Source: Monocercomonoides exilis PA203
Lineage: Eukaryota > Protista > Preaxostyla
NCBI GenBank assembly: GCA_001643675.2
Contig: LSRY02000002.1
Coordinates: 1,364,001-1,428,000, forward strand
Reading direction: 5' to 3'
DNA: 64,000 nucleotides
In this document: piece by piece, positions 1 to 12,202 of the stretch
Numbering within the stretch: position 1 is the stretch's first letter
Layout: each line of letters opens with the position of its first letter
Notes under the pieces: model-generated
The model's input: the letters and a program-made list of their open reading frames with translations, nothing else
What the model was told of the DNA's origin: nothing
The model's database searches: none
Position numbers and translations under genes: made by a program

Positions 1-2
1 AG

Positions 3-2180
3 CAGCAGTTCTTTGGCTTGACGCTTAATTCCGATCTGCCCAATAGCCAGACAGACGATCAACTGAAATGGGGACTTCGCCAAGCGCTGACAGATTCATC
101 GCTCACTGTGCAGAGTGACGGAAGTCAGGCTGATGAAGTTCATATTGCATTTGAACAGAGCTCATCGCCTTTCCAAATAAGCAGTAGCAACAACAATAGC
201 AACAACAAATGTGACAATTCCGTTGTGCATCATCCAATTTCACGCACTCATTCATCGTTGCTGGCGCCTCTGCCATCTCCTTCAATTTCGCCTTCCACAC
301 CACTTCTTCCTTCTCTTTCTAAGTCTCTGGCTGTTCCCCCAATCCCTCCTCCTCCTCTTGTTGACACAACCTCTTATCATTTTCCTTCTCCATCTTCTTG
401 TTCACCTTCACCTTCGCATTCTCCATATGCGTCATCAACAGAACAACTAAGTAATAAAACTTCTTCATCAAATTCATTCATTTTCTCGCGTGTAAACACT
501 TCTCCTCAGCTATCATTATTGGAAAGAAATGAGCCATTAGCTCATCAACATCCTATTGCTGCATCAGAAGACATGACTTCACAAAGAAATACATCATGCG
601 AACAGTTCCCTGAATCTTTGACTTCCCATTCTCCTCTGGTATCATCATTAGCTCACAACTCTAATGTATCAAGTCCTGTTAGCACCCCTTCACAACTAAG
701 TCCAGTTTTGCACAACTCTCATTCAACTTTGTCTGATTGCTCGTCTTCGAAGCATTCGTATTGTAGCTCGCAAAATGGAGATTCACCTCAATTGAATAAA
801 GAGCATCACACGAATCTGCGGCAATATCCACAAAATTCATTGCTAAACCAGCAGTTTGATCCATTGTATTTAGTTTCGCTAAGTCACGATGGCTGCTTGA
901 ATCAATGGGACATATCATCACACAAAGACAAGCAAAGTGACATCCAACGAACGGTGAGTCAACTGGTTGCTTCACTCACATTCAGCAATCTCCCACGCCT
1001 CAGCTGCATGTGCGCTACAAATCGTTGCTTGTCCATTGCATCTGTGGATGGAACATTACGTTTTCTGTCTCTTCCATCGCTTGCCAAAATCAATACCAAC
1101 ACGACACAGCACAGGGAAGGCATTCACAGCTTGTGTTGGATAAAGAAGAGGTTTAGCGGAATTTACAGTAACGTTAAGATGAGCAGGAATAAAGCAAGAG
1201 ATAATGGTGATGGATGCATTGATGAAGAAGAAATGAATGTGACAGCAAACGAAATTGAACGAAGCGAAGAACGCTTTCGAAGGAAAAAGATAAAGCAAAT
1301 AATAAAACGTAGTCTGAACATTGAAAATTCATCATCAAAACATAAAAAAGCAAAACCAAAACCAAATGAATGTCAGCACTCAATTGAAGCTAAAGATCAA
1401 CTTGTTACTCAAAAACAAAATTCTGTCAAAGATTATTCATCATCACTGAAGCAATTTTCAAAACCAGAAATTGAAACGAAAGAAATAAGTAATAATTCCA
1501 CATTCATCCAACATGATGTACCTCAGAAAACGCAACCAACGAAAGATAACAACAGCTATCAATTTTTGACTTCTGAGCCTTCTCAGCCTTTTCTGATATC
1601 GTGTTCCTCCTCTTCTGATGAGAGGCAGCCATCAAAGCTGTCTGTGTGGAATGCAGAGGAAGGGAAGCTGCTTTGCTGGTTTGCGCTTTCCTCTACTGTC
1701 TGCATCTCGTCTCAATGGCTGCTTTTCATTGGAGATACTCAAGGACAGATACAAGTTATTGACTTTGGCAGATTTCTGTGTGAAATTGAAAAGATTGCAC
1801 AAATGGAACAAGAAATGATGCGTGATGCAAAAAAGGCAATTGGCAAAGAGAGCAAAGAAACAACCAAACCAGCTTCATCTTCAACTTCTCATTCTCCATC
1901 GATTTCCAAGGTTCATTTGCCTTCGAGGCATGATTTTCTTCGCCCAATAAAAGGCTCGGCAAATGTTAATCAACTGTCGCTTCCTCAATCACCTCTGACA
2001 TTTTCATCGTTCTCTTCTTCAGATGACAATACAGCATCTATTTCTTCTTCGTCTCTTCGTTCAAATGTTCAGAAGACTCAATCAACTTCTTCTTCTTCTT
2101 CTTTAACTGATTCGATTAATGCAGCTCTTTCTTCTCAATTTGTTTCAGCAGGCAATGAATTTTCACAATCAAAGCATTGA
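3..2180 (+). CDS. 3' part of a Ser-rich protein with degenerate WD40-like repeats (5' end outside window)
   Basis: Frame is open from the window edge to TGA at 2180. WD-like segments LVSLSHDGCLNQWDI, IASVDGTLRFL, SKLSVWNA and LFIGDTQGQIQVID are separated by low-complexity inserts. Confidence 0.55.
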   Translation, partial: QQFFGLTLNSDLPNSQTDDQLKWGLRQALTDSSLTVQSDGSQADEVHIAFEQSSSPFQISSSNNNSNNKCDNSVVHHPISRTHSSLLAPLPSPSISPSTPLLPSLSKSLAVPPIPPPPLVDTTSYHFPSPSSCSPSPSHSPYASSTEQLSNKTSSSNSFIFSRVNTSPQLSLLERNEPLAHQHPIAASEDMTSQRNTSCEQFPESLTSHSPLVSSLAHNSNVSSPVSTPSQLSPVLHNSHSTLSDCSSSKHSYCSSQNGDSPQLNKEHHTNLRQYPQNSLLNQQFDPLYLVSLSHDGCLNQWDISSHKDKQSDIQRTVSQLVASLTFSNLPRLSCMCATNRCLSIASVDGTLRFLSLPSLAKINTNTTQHREGIHSLCWIKKRFSGIYSNVKMSRNKARDNGDGCIDEEEMNVTANEIERSEERFRRKKIKQIIKRSLNIENSSSKHKKAKPKPNECQHSIEAKDQLVTQKQNSVKDYSSSLKQFSKPEIETKEISNNSTFIQHDVPQKTQPTKDNNSYQFLTSEPSQPFLISCSSSSDERQPSKLSVWNAEEGKLLCWFALSSTVCISSQWLLFIGDTQGQIQVIDFGRFLCEIEKIAQMEQEMMRDAKKAIGKESKETTKPASSSTSHSPSISKVHLPSRHDFLRPIKGSANVNQLSLPQSPLTFSSFSSSDDNTASISSSSLRSNVQKTQSTSSSSSLTDSINAALSSQFVSAGNEFSQSKH

Positions 2181-2556
2181 TTCAAATTATCATATTTCAA
2201 GAAATAAAATAGAAAAGGCACTACAAATTGATAATGATATTCTGTAAAGTGTCGCAATAATAATTGTTCACATTTTTTATGTTCAGTAGCAAATTCTTAC
2301 ATATTTATTAATTTTATATTTGTTGAATTTTCGTTATTTCGTCTTTTTCAACTGTATTATGTAATAATTTATTTTATTTGAAATAAATCTGTTTAATGTT
2401 CTTTCAAATTAAAGTAATGTTGCTTTTCTATAATTTATAGTACTTATTTAAATCATTGTTTAAGTTTATTTACTCCACAATATAACAAATGTTATCCTTT
2501 TGTTATGAAATATCATTTGTGTTCTGATCCAAGTTTATATAATTTAAGTGAGCTTA

Positions 2557-5500
2557 ATGGAAAATAAAGAAGCTCGCTTTTTGAAATTTGTGGGTGCTTT
2601 CAAACAATTCGGTATGACTAGCATTTGCTAATTTTTTGTGCAGAAAATTATAGTGATATTATTTTATGTTGTTCAATTTGTTATTTATGTGAAATTGGAA
2701 CAAAATGCTTATCTTAATTTTACAAGGTTTGTCTGATCCTGTGCTTAAGGGAATAGGAGCACTTGGATATAAAATTCCAACTCCAATTCAACGAAAAGCT
2801 ATTCCTGTTCTTCTCAATGGTCGAGATTTGGTTGCTATGGCTAGAACTGGTTCTGGAAAAACTGCTGCTTTTCTGGTTCCTTTGATTGAAAAACTTCAAT
2901 CCCACTCCACGACTGTCGGAGCACGTGCTATTATTCTCTCACCAACACGAGATTTAGCAATACAAACTTTGAAATTTGCAAAACAACTGTCAAAATTCAC
3001 TAATCTGATCCTTGCTCCTATTGTTGGAGGAGAAAACATGAATGAACAATTTGAGGCACTTGCCCGTAACCCTGATATGTTTGTTTTTTATACTTTGTTT
3101 ATGTATATCATTTTTTTAAATATATTTTAGAATTATAGCAACTCCTGGAAGACTTCTTCACCATATTGTTGAAACGAAAATGAGTTTACAGAGAATCGAA
3201 ATTATTATTTTTGATGAAGCAGATAAGTATTTTATTTTATTTGTTTTGTTATATGCGTTGGAATTCATTTTATTCATTTTTTCAGTTTGTTTGAATTAAA
3301 ATTTGCTCCTCAGATCGCTGAAATCTGTGCACGTTTGCCAGCATCACACCAAAGTGGATTGTTTTCTGCCACAATGCCATCAAAAGTCACAGCTTTTGTG
3401 AGATCTGGATTGAGAGAGAATGCTGAGCTTGTCAGATTGGATGTGGAGCAAACTCTATCTCCTGATTTGGAATGCTTTTTCTTAACATGTCAGACAGAAG
3501 AAAAATATGGAGCATTGATTTTACTTTTGCAGTCCATAATTCCTTCGAGCAAGCAAACAATTATTTTTGCAGCTACAAGGTTTGTTTGATTTTAAACAAG
3601 TTTACTGATTATCTTTTAATAATTGAATACCAAATTGAAATTAATAAAAAAAATTTTTTTTTCGTTTCTATCAAAGATTTCAAGTTGAGTACATTCACAC
3701 ACTTCTTAGTGGAACCTCTATTTCTTCTGCCTGTGTCTATGGAGCGCTCGATGTTTCTGCTCAGAAAAAGGCCTTGAGCCAGTTTGTGGCACGACGTGTT
3801 TCTGTGCTTGTTGTGACTGATGTTGCCGCAAGAGGTCTTGATTTGCCTGTCCTCGACGTTGTCATTCACTTCGATTTTCCTGCCAATCCAAAAGTTTTCG
3901 TCCACAGAGCAGGAAGAACAGCAAGAGCTGGGCGAAAGGGACAGTGCTATTCGTTGCTTGTGAAGGAAGAGATTCCTCATTGGATCGATTTGTGCATGTT
4001 TCTCGGTGTGAAGCCTCGTCTGGCATCAATGAAAGAAATATTGAACTCCTCCAGTGATGATGAAGATGATAATAGCAAAGCCAGTGGAAAATCCAGTGAA
4101 CGAGAGGATTCAGCAATGGAAAGTGATGATGCAGCCAATGAAGGCGGCAATGACAAAGATGCAGAGTTTATTCTTGGAAGCTTTCCTTCTTTGCACCTTT
4201 CTCTTTGCTGCTCGACTGTGACTAACATCTGCTCCACTTCATCTGTTCTTGCTGGCAGTCTTTTGGCATTGCGAAGCGCAGTTGCAAATGCCCAACGTGT
4301 TTATCGAAGAGAAAGGCCGCTAGCTTCAGCTGGAGCTGTTCGAAAGGCAAAGCAGCTAATGAAGCATGAACCATTGCCGTCATCAAAAAGCACAGAGGAT
4401 AAAAAAGCGACAAAAGAAGGAGCAGATTTGAATGAGGATGCAGAAACGGAAGGAGATGAAGCTGAGGATATTGATTGGGGATTTTCTGGAATTGGAATCC
4501 ATCCGTTGTTTAAGGATCTGCTGAACACCACTTCTGTTTCAACAGGTTCGTCGAGTTCATCTTCGGCATCAGCACCATCAGAGAATGCGATGAATATGGA
4601 GTTGTCTGCTCTTGAAGCAGAAACATCCAAGCAGGCAATGCTGAGCCAGTTGCACAACTACCGCCCTTCTCGCTCTTTTATTGCATTGTCTCTATTGGCT
4701 GCTCCTTCTTCGTCATCTTCATCTTCCCAGTTGGCATCTGACCAACAAGCAAAGAAGCCTCATCCTTTCAAAGGTGATGATGGTTTCAATCAAATGGGAG
4801 AAAATGATGGAGATGATGATGATGATGATGATCTTCCAAAGGCGAAGTCGAAAGTTTCGCTTGCTGAAAGGAAAAAGAAAGAAAAAGAGAAAAAGAAGAA
4901 AGAAAAGCAGCTTGAAAAGAACATGAAATTAGATGAAGAAACGATGAAGCAGCGTAAGAAAAAGGAATTGATGGTTGGAGCGTTCACCAAGTTCAGTGCA
5001 ATGACAGAAGCGAAGAAAAAGCATAATGAAGCTGCAAAACTGAGGCGAATGAAAGAGAAGGAAGAAGAGCAGAAAGATGTGCAATACATCTCAACACATC
5101 GCTCAGAGTTTGGAGGGGATGATGCACAAAACAATACAGAGAACAATCTGAATGAAGAAGGCAACACGTTTGGGCAGACAAAGAGGACGAAGCAGCTTTC
5201 AAGTGGATCAGCTGCCCCAGTTGCGCTCAAGCCAGTGCCAACAGACTTCCGCGACAAGCAGTTCTATCTGTCAGCTGAGCCGCGGACAAACCAGAAAGAG
5301 CAAGGGCTGATGATTGGATCTTCCTCGTACTCGTCTTCTGCAGCTGTTCACGAGCTGTCTGCGTTTACTCGCTCGCTCTCAGAGTTGGCGCTTGACTTGG
5401 GGTCAGATGGAACAGGATCAATGAAAAATGCCAGAGAACCAGAGGAAAACAAAGTGTTTAGAGGGAACCAAAAAGTGTGGGACAGAAAGAAAATGAAGTT

Positions 5501-6206
5501 TGTGAACAAAGACGGGCCAGGGAAGAATCCGTTGCTTGAGGAAGCAAAGCGAATGAGAATGGAAGGTGAAATGGGAGGAAGGCGAAGAATCAGAGAGGCT
5601 GAAGAAGAAAGGAGAAAGAGGGAAAGGAGAGAGAGAAGAAGGAGAAGTGGAGATGTTGATGGTGATGTGAAAAGAGGTATGAAGGATTATGGAATGAGCA
5701 TATACGAAGCATGGAAAAAGAAGACTCATAGGGCGATTCCTTCAGTGGGAGAAGAAGAAGAAGCAGAAGAAGTGAAGGAAGGAAGAGTTGGGTGGATAAG
5801 AGGAGGAAGGGGCGGAGTTGGAAGGAGAGATGTTAATGGCTTTAAAGGGAAGAAAGGGAAATGGGACGATGAGGATGAAAGAGACGAACACATGTCGAAA
5901 AAACTTGCTCCTTACAAAAAAGACCACTTATCGGTGAAGCCTAAAGCAAGACATGGTAAAAGGCCAGGAGATAAGTCAGAGAGAGGAGGGTATCAAGGAA
6001 AGAAAAAGGGAGGAGCACAAAATGAAAAAGGTGGCAAAAGAAGAGTGAAAGACGAACTAAAAAGTGCTGAAGAGATTGCAAAGAAGAGGGTAAGGCAATT
6101 TAAACTGAAGGAACATGCAAGGCAAGTTAGGGAGCAAAAGAGGAGAAGGGCAAAGGGAGGAGGAGGGAAAGGAGGGAAAGGAGGAAGAGGAGGAAGAAGG
6201 AAATGA
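2557..6206 (+). CDS. DDX54: DEAD-box RNA helicase DDX54/Dbp10 (60S biogenesis), 5 exons
   Basis: ATG at 2557 ([19 protein letters not shown]) and intron 2612-2726 lead to the Q motif [14 protein letters not shown], then [40 protein letters not shown] and HRAGRTAR. The DBP10CT-like WDRKKMKFV and a basic Gly-rich tail follow. Further introns at about 3079-3130, 3227-3285 and 3580-3675. Confidence 0.92.
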
Positions 6207-6895
6207 AAAGAATAAGAATTGAATATTCTTTTGTATTTTTTTTTTAAGAAATAGTGAAAAAAGTATTTTTTACAGGAAAAAAAACACTTCATTGTTCTTA
6301 AGAATTCACTTCACTGCACTTCTGAATTGCTCTGAAAAAAGAGAAAAGAAAAAGAAGCATAACGTCATTATTATTACTTTGCAGACAATTTCTATCTTAT
6401 TGTCTAAGATTGTGATCGCGAAATCATAGAAAAAATCAAAAAAATATCCTTCAAAAGAAGGAGAAATACGAGGCACAAAGAAGAAAAGACTGCAAAGTAA
6501 ATAATAATTTTTTTAGAAAAATGAAAAAACTGTAATAAATTGCATTGAATGCTATTTTCAAACAAAACAACAGCAAAAGATAAACTATAAAACGAAGAGT
6601 TAACAGAACAGTAAAAAAAAGTAACAGAGGCCAGAAAAGAATAAAAATTGACAAAGAAAAGAAAGAAAAAGATAATCAATCACGTGTACAAATGTGATGA
6701 AACATCAAAGTTATAGAAAAAAAGTGTTCTAAGCAGACGAGTGCACTCTTGCAAAACAAAAAAATAATATGATTAAAATGTGTGAATTGTAAAAAAAACA
6801 TGTTGTTTCTATGTCCTCTTTTCAAATAAAATGTTAGTCCTTCCTCATCCATGAGTCATGCGGTCTTTACAAATCACGCTTTTTCTTTGAAAGTT

Positions 6896-8126
6896 TTAGT
6901 TGTTTTGTTGCTGAATTTTCTTGGCTTCCATCATTTTCACTGAAGAATAGCAAATAACACCAAAAACAGCAATGATCATTCCAATAACTTGTCGAAGACT
7001 TAGTTTTTCTTTGAACATCAGTGTTCCCAATAACAAAATAGATACAGTTTTCATATTGGAGACAATGTTGTATCTATTTTTTCGATAAGTTAGAAAAGAA
7101 AATAAAAATATCATATTGATTTAAATAATTACCATTAAATTTTGCATGTTTCAAAGAAAATGCAAACGTTAGAGCAGATGTTCGCTTGATGGCAACAAAA
7201 AGAGAAATATTTATGAGTGTAGACATCAGTGCAGTGAAGCAAATGGCCAACTACAAATCACGAATTTAATGGTTTGTCAAAAGAAAAATAATTGAATTAT
7301 TGACATAATAAGAATTTCAACAAACAATAAGATCTGAAGTATAAGATTGATGCCAAATTGATTTTGGATCATCCCATGCATAGTTCTCAATAAAAGGTAC
7401 TATAATCCACAAAATTAAGGCAGATAAAGGAGTTTCATAAAGCAACAATTGGTATTCATTGCAGTTTAATTCTTTCTGTTTGGTTTTAGACATAATTTGA
7501 TACATTGCAGTTGCAATAACACCGCTTAATCCAATTAAGAAGCCAGATAATGTATTATTCTGATAAAACAATAATAAAATGTTTGTGGAAATTATTATTA
7601 ATGAACAAATGGCACACCCCATCGAAACGTGAAATTGTGCATAATCCAATTCCCACAAGCATAATGATCATTGATATCTGTGCCTTTAAAGAAATCTTGA
7701 TCTTTAAAATAAACATCTCTATCATGCAAACGCACGGAGTAACAGCAATTTTTAAAGTCTGATATGTACCGATCTAAATTGTAATGAAAGATGTTTCATA
7801 AAGTTGAAAGTTATTACTTATATAACATCAAAGCATACTGGATTGAATTGAATTGATAAATTATTGAGAAATATGCTGAAGCAAAATGCAAAAGCAAGTG
7901 GAAAGACTTTCAAAATTGACAGCTTTTTATAGTCAAAAACTTTGAAATGGCATGCAATTGACAATCCGATAAAATTTACAACAAAATGAATTGCACTTAA
8001 AGTTGTTCCAAATGGCCATCTTCTGAAAACAAATTTATTCACCAGCACAACAGTTACGCACGAAAACCAATTTGTTGCAAGAGGTATAATAATTTGCTGA
8101 GGTGAATATTGTTCCTTGTTTTGCAT
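6896..8126 (-). CDS. nucleotide-sugar / triose-phosphate transporter family member (SLC35E3/UXT-like), multi-exon
   Basis: Spliced ORF pieces give VLVNKFVF..FGTTLSAIHF, LNNLSIQFNP/IGTYQTLKIAVTP, QLLLYETPLSA and YNIVSNMKTV..GMIIAVFGVICYS, typical of the TPT/SLC35E family with ~10 TM helices. Confidence 0.85.
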
Positions 8127-8329
8127 CTCTTTTTATGCAAAATTTTTAGGAAGATCAACCCATTTTTGATGCTTAAATTCAACCGAAATTTTTTTGTTAT
8201 TTAATTGCTTTATAACATTTCATGTTGGAATTTGCGGATAAAAAATAAACAAAAATTACTTGAAAAATTATTTTTTATATGTTTCTATTTATTTTAAGTT
8301 AATTTTTTTATTGCGAATATTAAATAAAT

Positions 8330-8764
8330 GGCTGATCCTTTTGAAAATCATACTTTCGTTCGAGTTTTGATCAAAAAAATTTTCGGAAAGGGAATCGGAA
8401 AAAAAGGCTTAAAAGTGCACTTTTTTATCTTTCACTTATCAAACTTTTATTTTAAAAATGTTTGGACAAACAAAAAATAATTTTGAAGAAATTTAAGAAT
8501 AATTTTCAGTTTGTGTTTAATTATTTTGATTATTTGAACTTTCAGAGGCGTTTGTTTCGATATCATCGATATGGAATGTGTATGCAATTTAATAGTATTT
8601 TTACATGTTTTGTGTTTGTATTATAATTTTATTTCGTTTATGTTATTTTGACAGAAATGAAAATTTGCTAATGATTCAACGATTCAGAGAATGAATTAAG
8701 TTCCAAATCCAACACAAAAATGTCGAAAATAAGTCATTCTTGCCTAATAATATGTGTTTATATT
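8330..8764 (+). repeat. left long TIR
   Basis: Reverse complement of 10793-11227. Confidence 0.93.
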
Positions 8765-9483
8765 CTTTTGTGTTTTAATTTATATTTGTATTTGTTTTTT
8801 CTTTTCGGTTTTTTTTGAAATTAATAATAGGACATATAGATTGGTAGAAAAGGAAATACAATAAAAAAGAGACAATAACAAATATGATTGGCTCAAATTA
8901 AATGGAGATAGTGTTGATCAAAAGAAAAAGGAAGAAATGGAAAAGTTCTTATCAAATAAACGATATAGGCACATGATAGGAAGTGTTAGAATGAAGAGAA
9001 AAATAGACAAGAGTGAGAAAGAAAGAGTTAAAGAGATAGAGAAAAAGATAAGAAGATTTATGAAAGATAGATTTTTAACTGTTTTATTTGAACGTGTTTT
9101 GTTATGTATTTACATTATTATAGAGGAGTTCTTTCGTAATTTTGTAATTTATGTGTTTTTTTGTTTTTATTTTGAATGGAATTTAATAGTCTTTTGTGTT
9201 AATCAAGATCTGCACATATTTTCAGAACATTTATATTTGTTTGAACGTAAAGATTATTTAGATTTTTTCATTTTATATGTGTGTTTTCATTTGAAGGTGT
9301 CGAATATGTAAATTCTTTTGATATTCATAAACTTATATCTTATGACTAATTTAATCATTTTTTTCTTAAACAATTTAATATCAATGTTCACAAGTCCCGT
9401 GTCAACTCTTTCCGCATGGGCTTCGATTGCCTGGGAAGAATTGAAAAAGATTGGTGGAAATGGAACAGAACAATTGATTATGT

Positions 9484-9751
9484 GGGGCAAAATATTTTGG
9501 GTCAGGCATTTTCATAGAAAAATTATGCACTTTTCATTGATTTTTTTTGATCAAAAAACACTTAAAAAATTTGTCCATTTTTTGACATTCGTAAAATGTT
9601 GGAAAACTATATGTTTTGATTTCTCCGATGCCTGTTAACGGATGTGAAAATCAACTTTATTTCAAAATCTGATAAAGTTAAATAATGTTATGAGAGAAGC
9701 AATTTTATTGTGCTTTGTGCATAAAAAGCTTGAAAGCCCATATTTTCCCCC
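9484..9751. mobile_element. MITE family D copy 1 (268 bp), nested in the long-TIR element
   Basis: Termini GGGGCAAAATAT...ATATTTTCCCCC, ATGT on both sides (9480-9483, 9752-9755). Similar to 39896-40162, e.g. the shared TGTGCTTTGTGCATAAAAAGCTTGAAAG. Confidence 0.8.
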
Positions 9752-9894
9752 ATGTATTTATTTCTTAAATTTAAAGACGCAACATCAATAATGAATGTTG
9801 TGAGAAAACAATTAAACAGTTTAACTCTTTATTCTTTTTTTATCCTTTTTAACAACGAATTTCCTTTTTGTGAAGTTTTTTTTCACATTTTGAA

Positions 9895-10400
9895 ATGTTC
9901 AAAGCGGATATTGATTGCTTAAAAGATGATCTTTCAGTGAAATACAAATATGCACATAAGCATGAGAAAACAATGCTTTTGTGATCGTTGAGTGGAAAAA
10001 ATACTCTGAAGCAATTACAAAATCATAATTTTGATATTTCAAAAGGGATGTTTAACTATGCAAAAAAGACTCTTTTGCGAAACAACAACTTTATCCTCAA
10101 ACCAAAAAAGCCAACAGTTCCAGAATGCAAGCAAGGTTTGTATTTGTATTATCAATTGTTTGATTTCATTTCTTGATAAGGCTTGACAGAAAAAGAATGG
10201 ACAAGAGGAAATCAATGGATGATGGAAAATTCAACAGAATCTTCAACATAATTGTCACCTTCACAAAAACGAAAACTACACAACAATGAAGCCAAATATT
10301 TTGAGGAATCTTCTTTGAATTATTAAATTTGTATAGGATCGTCGAAAGAAATGAATAGCCTATCAAAATTTGGATCTTCCATTCTGCAAGAAATCAAAAC
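9895..10400 (+). pseudogene. degenerate transposase N-terminal fragment (possibly Sola2-like)
   Basis: MFKADIDCLKDDLSVKYKYAHKHEKTMLL*SLSGKNTLKQLQNHNFDISKGMFNYAKK..KPKKPTVPECKQ, then a putative intron (~10136-10180), then GLTEKEWTRGNQWMMENSTESS. It has in-frame stops and lies inside the TIR element. Resemblance to Sola2 N-terminal HTH regions is from memory only. Confidence 0.4.
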
Positions 10401-10792
10401 TGACAAAAAAAACATGAAACCCTCGGGAACAGGAGTGAAATATCCTATCAACCAATTTCACCAATTATCATTCCTCCGAATTGTTTTTGTGCCAAAGATG
10501 AATCAAACAGAAAGAAAGAAGGATGTGAAACTATTATTTGCACATCAAATGTGACAAATAGTTTGAATGATAATCAATCACATTTCAACTTCATTAGAAA
10601 AAAGCAAACATTTATTACTCCTCAATCTAATTTTTGTTTTTGCACGTCACACTCACAAAATTGGATCAATAAACATTGCACATTTAAATAGGACAATATA
10701 TACCAAAAGGAAGTTTCATCAACAATAGAAAATAAATTCTTTGAAAGAATTAGGAGAATGTTAAATAACTTATTATTAACAAACACCCAAAA

Positions 10793-11227
10793 AATATAAA
10801 CACATATTATTAGGCAAGAATGACTTATTTTCGACATTTTTGTGTTGGATTTGGAACTTAATTCATTCTCTGAATCGTTGAATCATTAGCAAATTTTCAT
10901 TTCTGTCAAAATAACATAAACGAAATAAAATTATAATACAAACACAAAACATGTAAAAATACTATTAAATTGCATACACATTCCATATCGATGATATCGA
11001 AACAAACGCCTCTGAAAGTTCAAATAATCAAAATAATTAAACACAAACTGAAAATTATTCTTAAATTTCTTCAAAATTATTTTTTGTTTGTCCAAACATT
11101 TTTAAAATAAAAGTTTGATAAGTGAAAGATAAAAAAGTGCACTTTTAAGCCTTTTTTTCCGATTCCCTTTCCGAAAATTTTTTTGATCAAAACTCGAACG
11201 AAAGTATGATTTTCAAAAGGATCAGTC
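10793..11227 (-). repeat. right long TIR
   Basis: Reverse complement of 8330-8764. Confidence 0.93.
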
Positions 11228-11265
11228 AAATATTGTTAAAAAATAATTTTTTTTTCTGACAATAT

Positions 11266-11520
11266 GGGTGATTATTTATCAAAACATATTTTTTCTTTTA
11301 TTATTTTCGATTGGAAAGTTTTCCTTATTTGTTTGGAAATAACCACTGAAATGTGAAAAGTCAAATTCTAGAGATCATTGTCATTATTTCAGCTTTCACA
11401 TTTGTTTTTCAAACCGTTGCGATGAATTAAGAAATTGAATTCAAAATCTCTTCGAAATAATCAACAACCTTTGAAAAATCAATTCCCCGAAAAAAGAAAT
11501 AATTTCATAAATAATCACAC
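11266..11520. mobile_element. MITE family A copy 1 (255 bp)
   Basis: GGGTGATTATTT...AAATAATCACAC with flanks ATAT/AGAT. Collinear with and clearly similar to 38152-38408. Confidence 0.8.
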
Positions 11521-11639
11521 AGATTATATTTTTTTTATAAAAAATCAACAATTATGCATTCATAACAAAACTTTATTCAACTTTAAATCTTCAAAGGTTT
11601 TCAAAAAAATATGACACAATCGCCTTTTATCGGAGAAAG

Positions 11640-11643
<4 letters not shown>

Positions 11644-11680
<37 letters not shown>
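11644..11680. repeat. poly(T) tract
   Basis: About 37 consecutive T. Confidence 0.9.
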
Positions 11681-11681
<1 letters not shown>

Positions 11682-11922
11682 GTTTCCAGCATCCATAAAT
11701 ATGTGGATTATTATTTTTGAAAAGTTGCACTAATTTTTAAAACTGTTTGAATTGAACACCTTATTTTTTGATCATTTTTTGTTATAAAAAAATCTATTTT
11801 CTATCAACAACATCCAAATTTTGTTTTCAAAATTGATATGAAATGCATTTTTCAGTGAAAAATCTTGAAGCATTGATCACAAAAAGAGACAAAAAAATGT
11901 GGTGTAAATTGAAATAGAATAT

Positions 11923-12197
11923 GGGTGATTATTTTTGAAATTATAACTTTTTTCGGAGTGTTGCTTTCTTTTTTTGTAAATTCAATGACATTTGACAAAT
12001 AATTAACCAACAAATGTTAAATGTTTATCAATTGTTTTAAAAGCCAATATTTGATGAAATAATTTGAAAGAGATATTCATTGATTTGAATTATCAATTTT
12101 CTGAGTTTAGAAACAAAAATTCAAGATTGCATTATCAAACCGAATTTTTTTTTTTTTTTTTTTTGTAGCAAAAAATGTGATTACAAAATAATCACCC
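11923..12197. mobile_element. MITE family B (275 bp) with GGGTGATTATTTT TIRs
   Basis: GGGTGATTATTTTTG...CAAAATAATCACCC with ATAT on both sides (11919-11922, 12198-12201). Confidence 0.8.
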
Positions 12198-12202
12198 ATA
12201 TA

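Larger units (their letters stand above)
8330..11227. mobile_element. 2.9-kb non-autonomous DNA transposon with ~435-bp terminal inverted repeats and 4-bp AAAT TSD (Sola-like)
   Basis: 8332-8764 is the reverse complement of 10793-11225, identical by eye. Termini are GGCTGATCC...GGATCAGTC, with AAAT at 8326-8329 and 11228-11231. The interior holds degenerate coding remnants and a nested MITE. Confidence 0.85.

Noticed and set aside
8330-11227. Mutator (MULE) assignment for the long-TIR element
   Set aside because: Long TIRs with G-starting ends fit, but no 9-11-bp TSD is present. A 4-bp AAAT duplication shared in form with the MITEs fits better.
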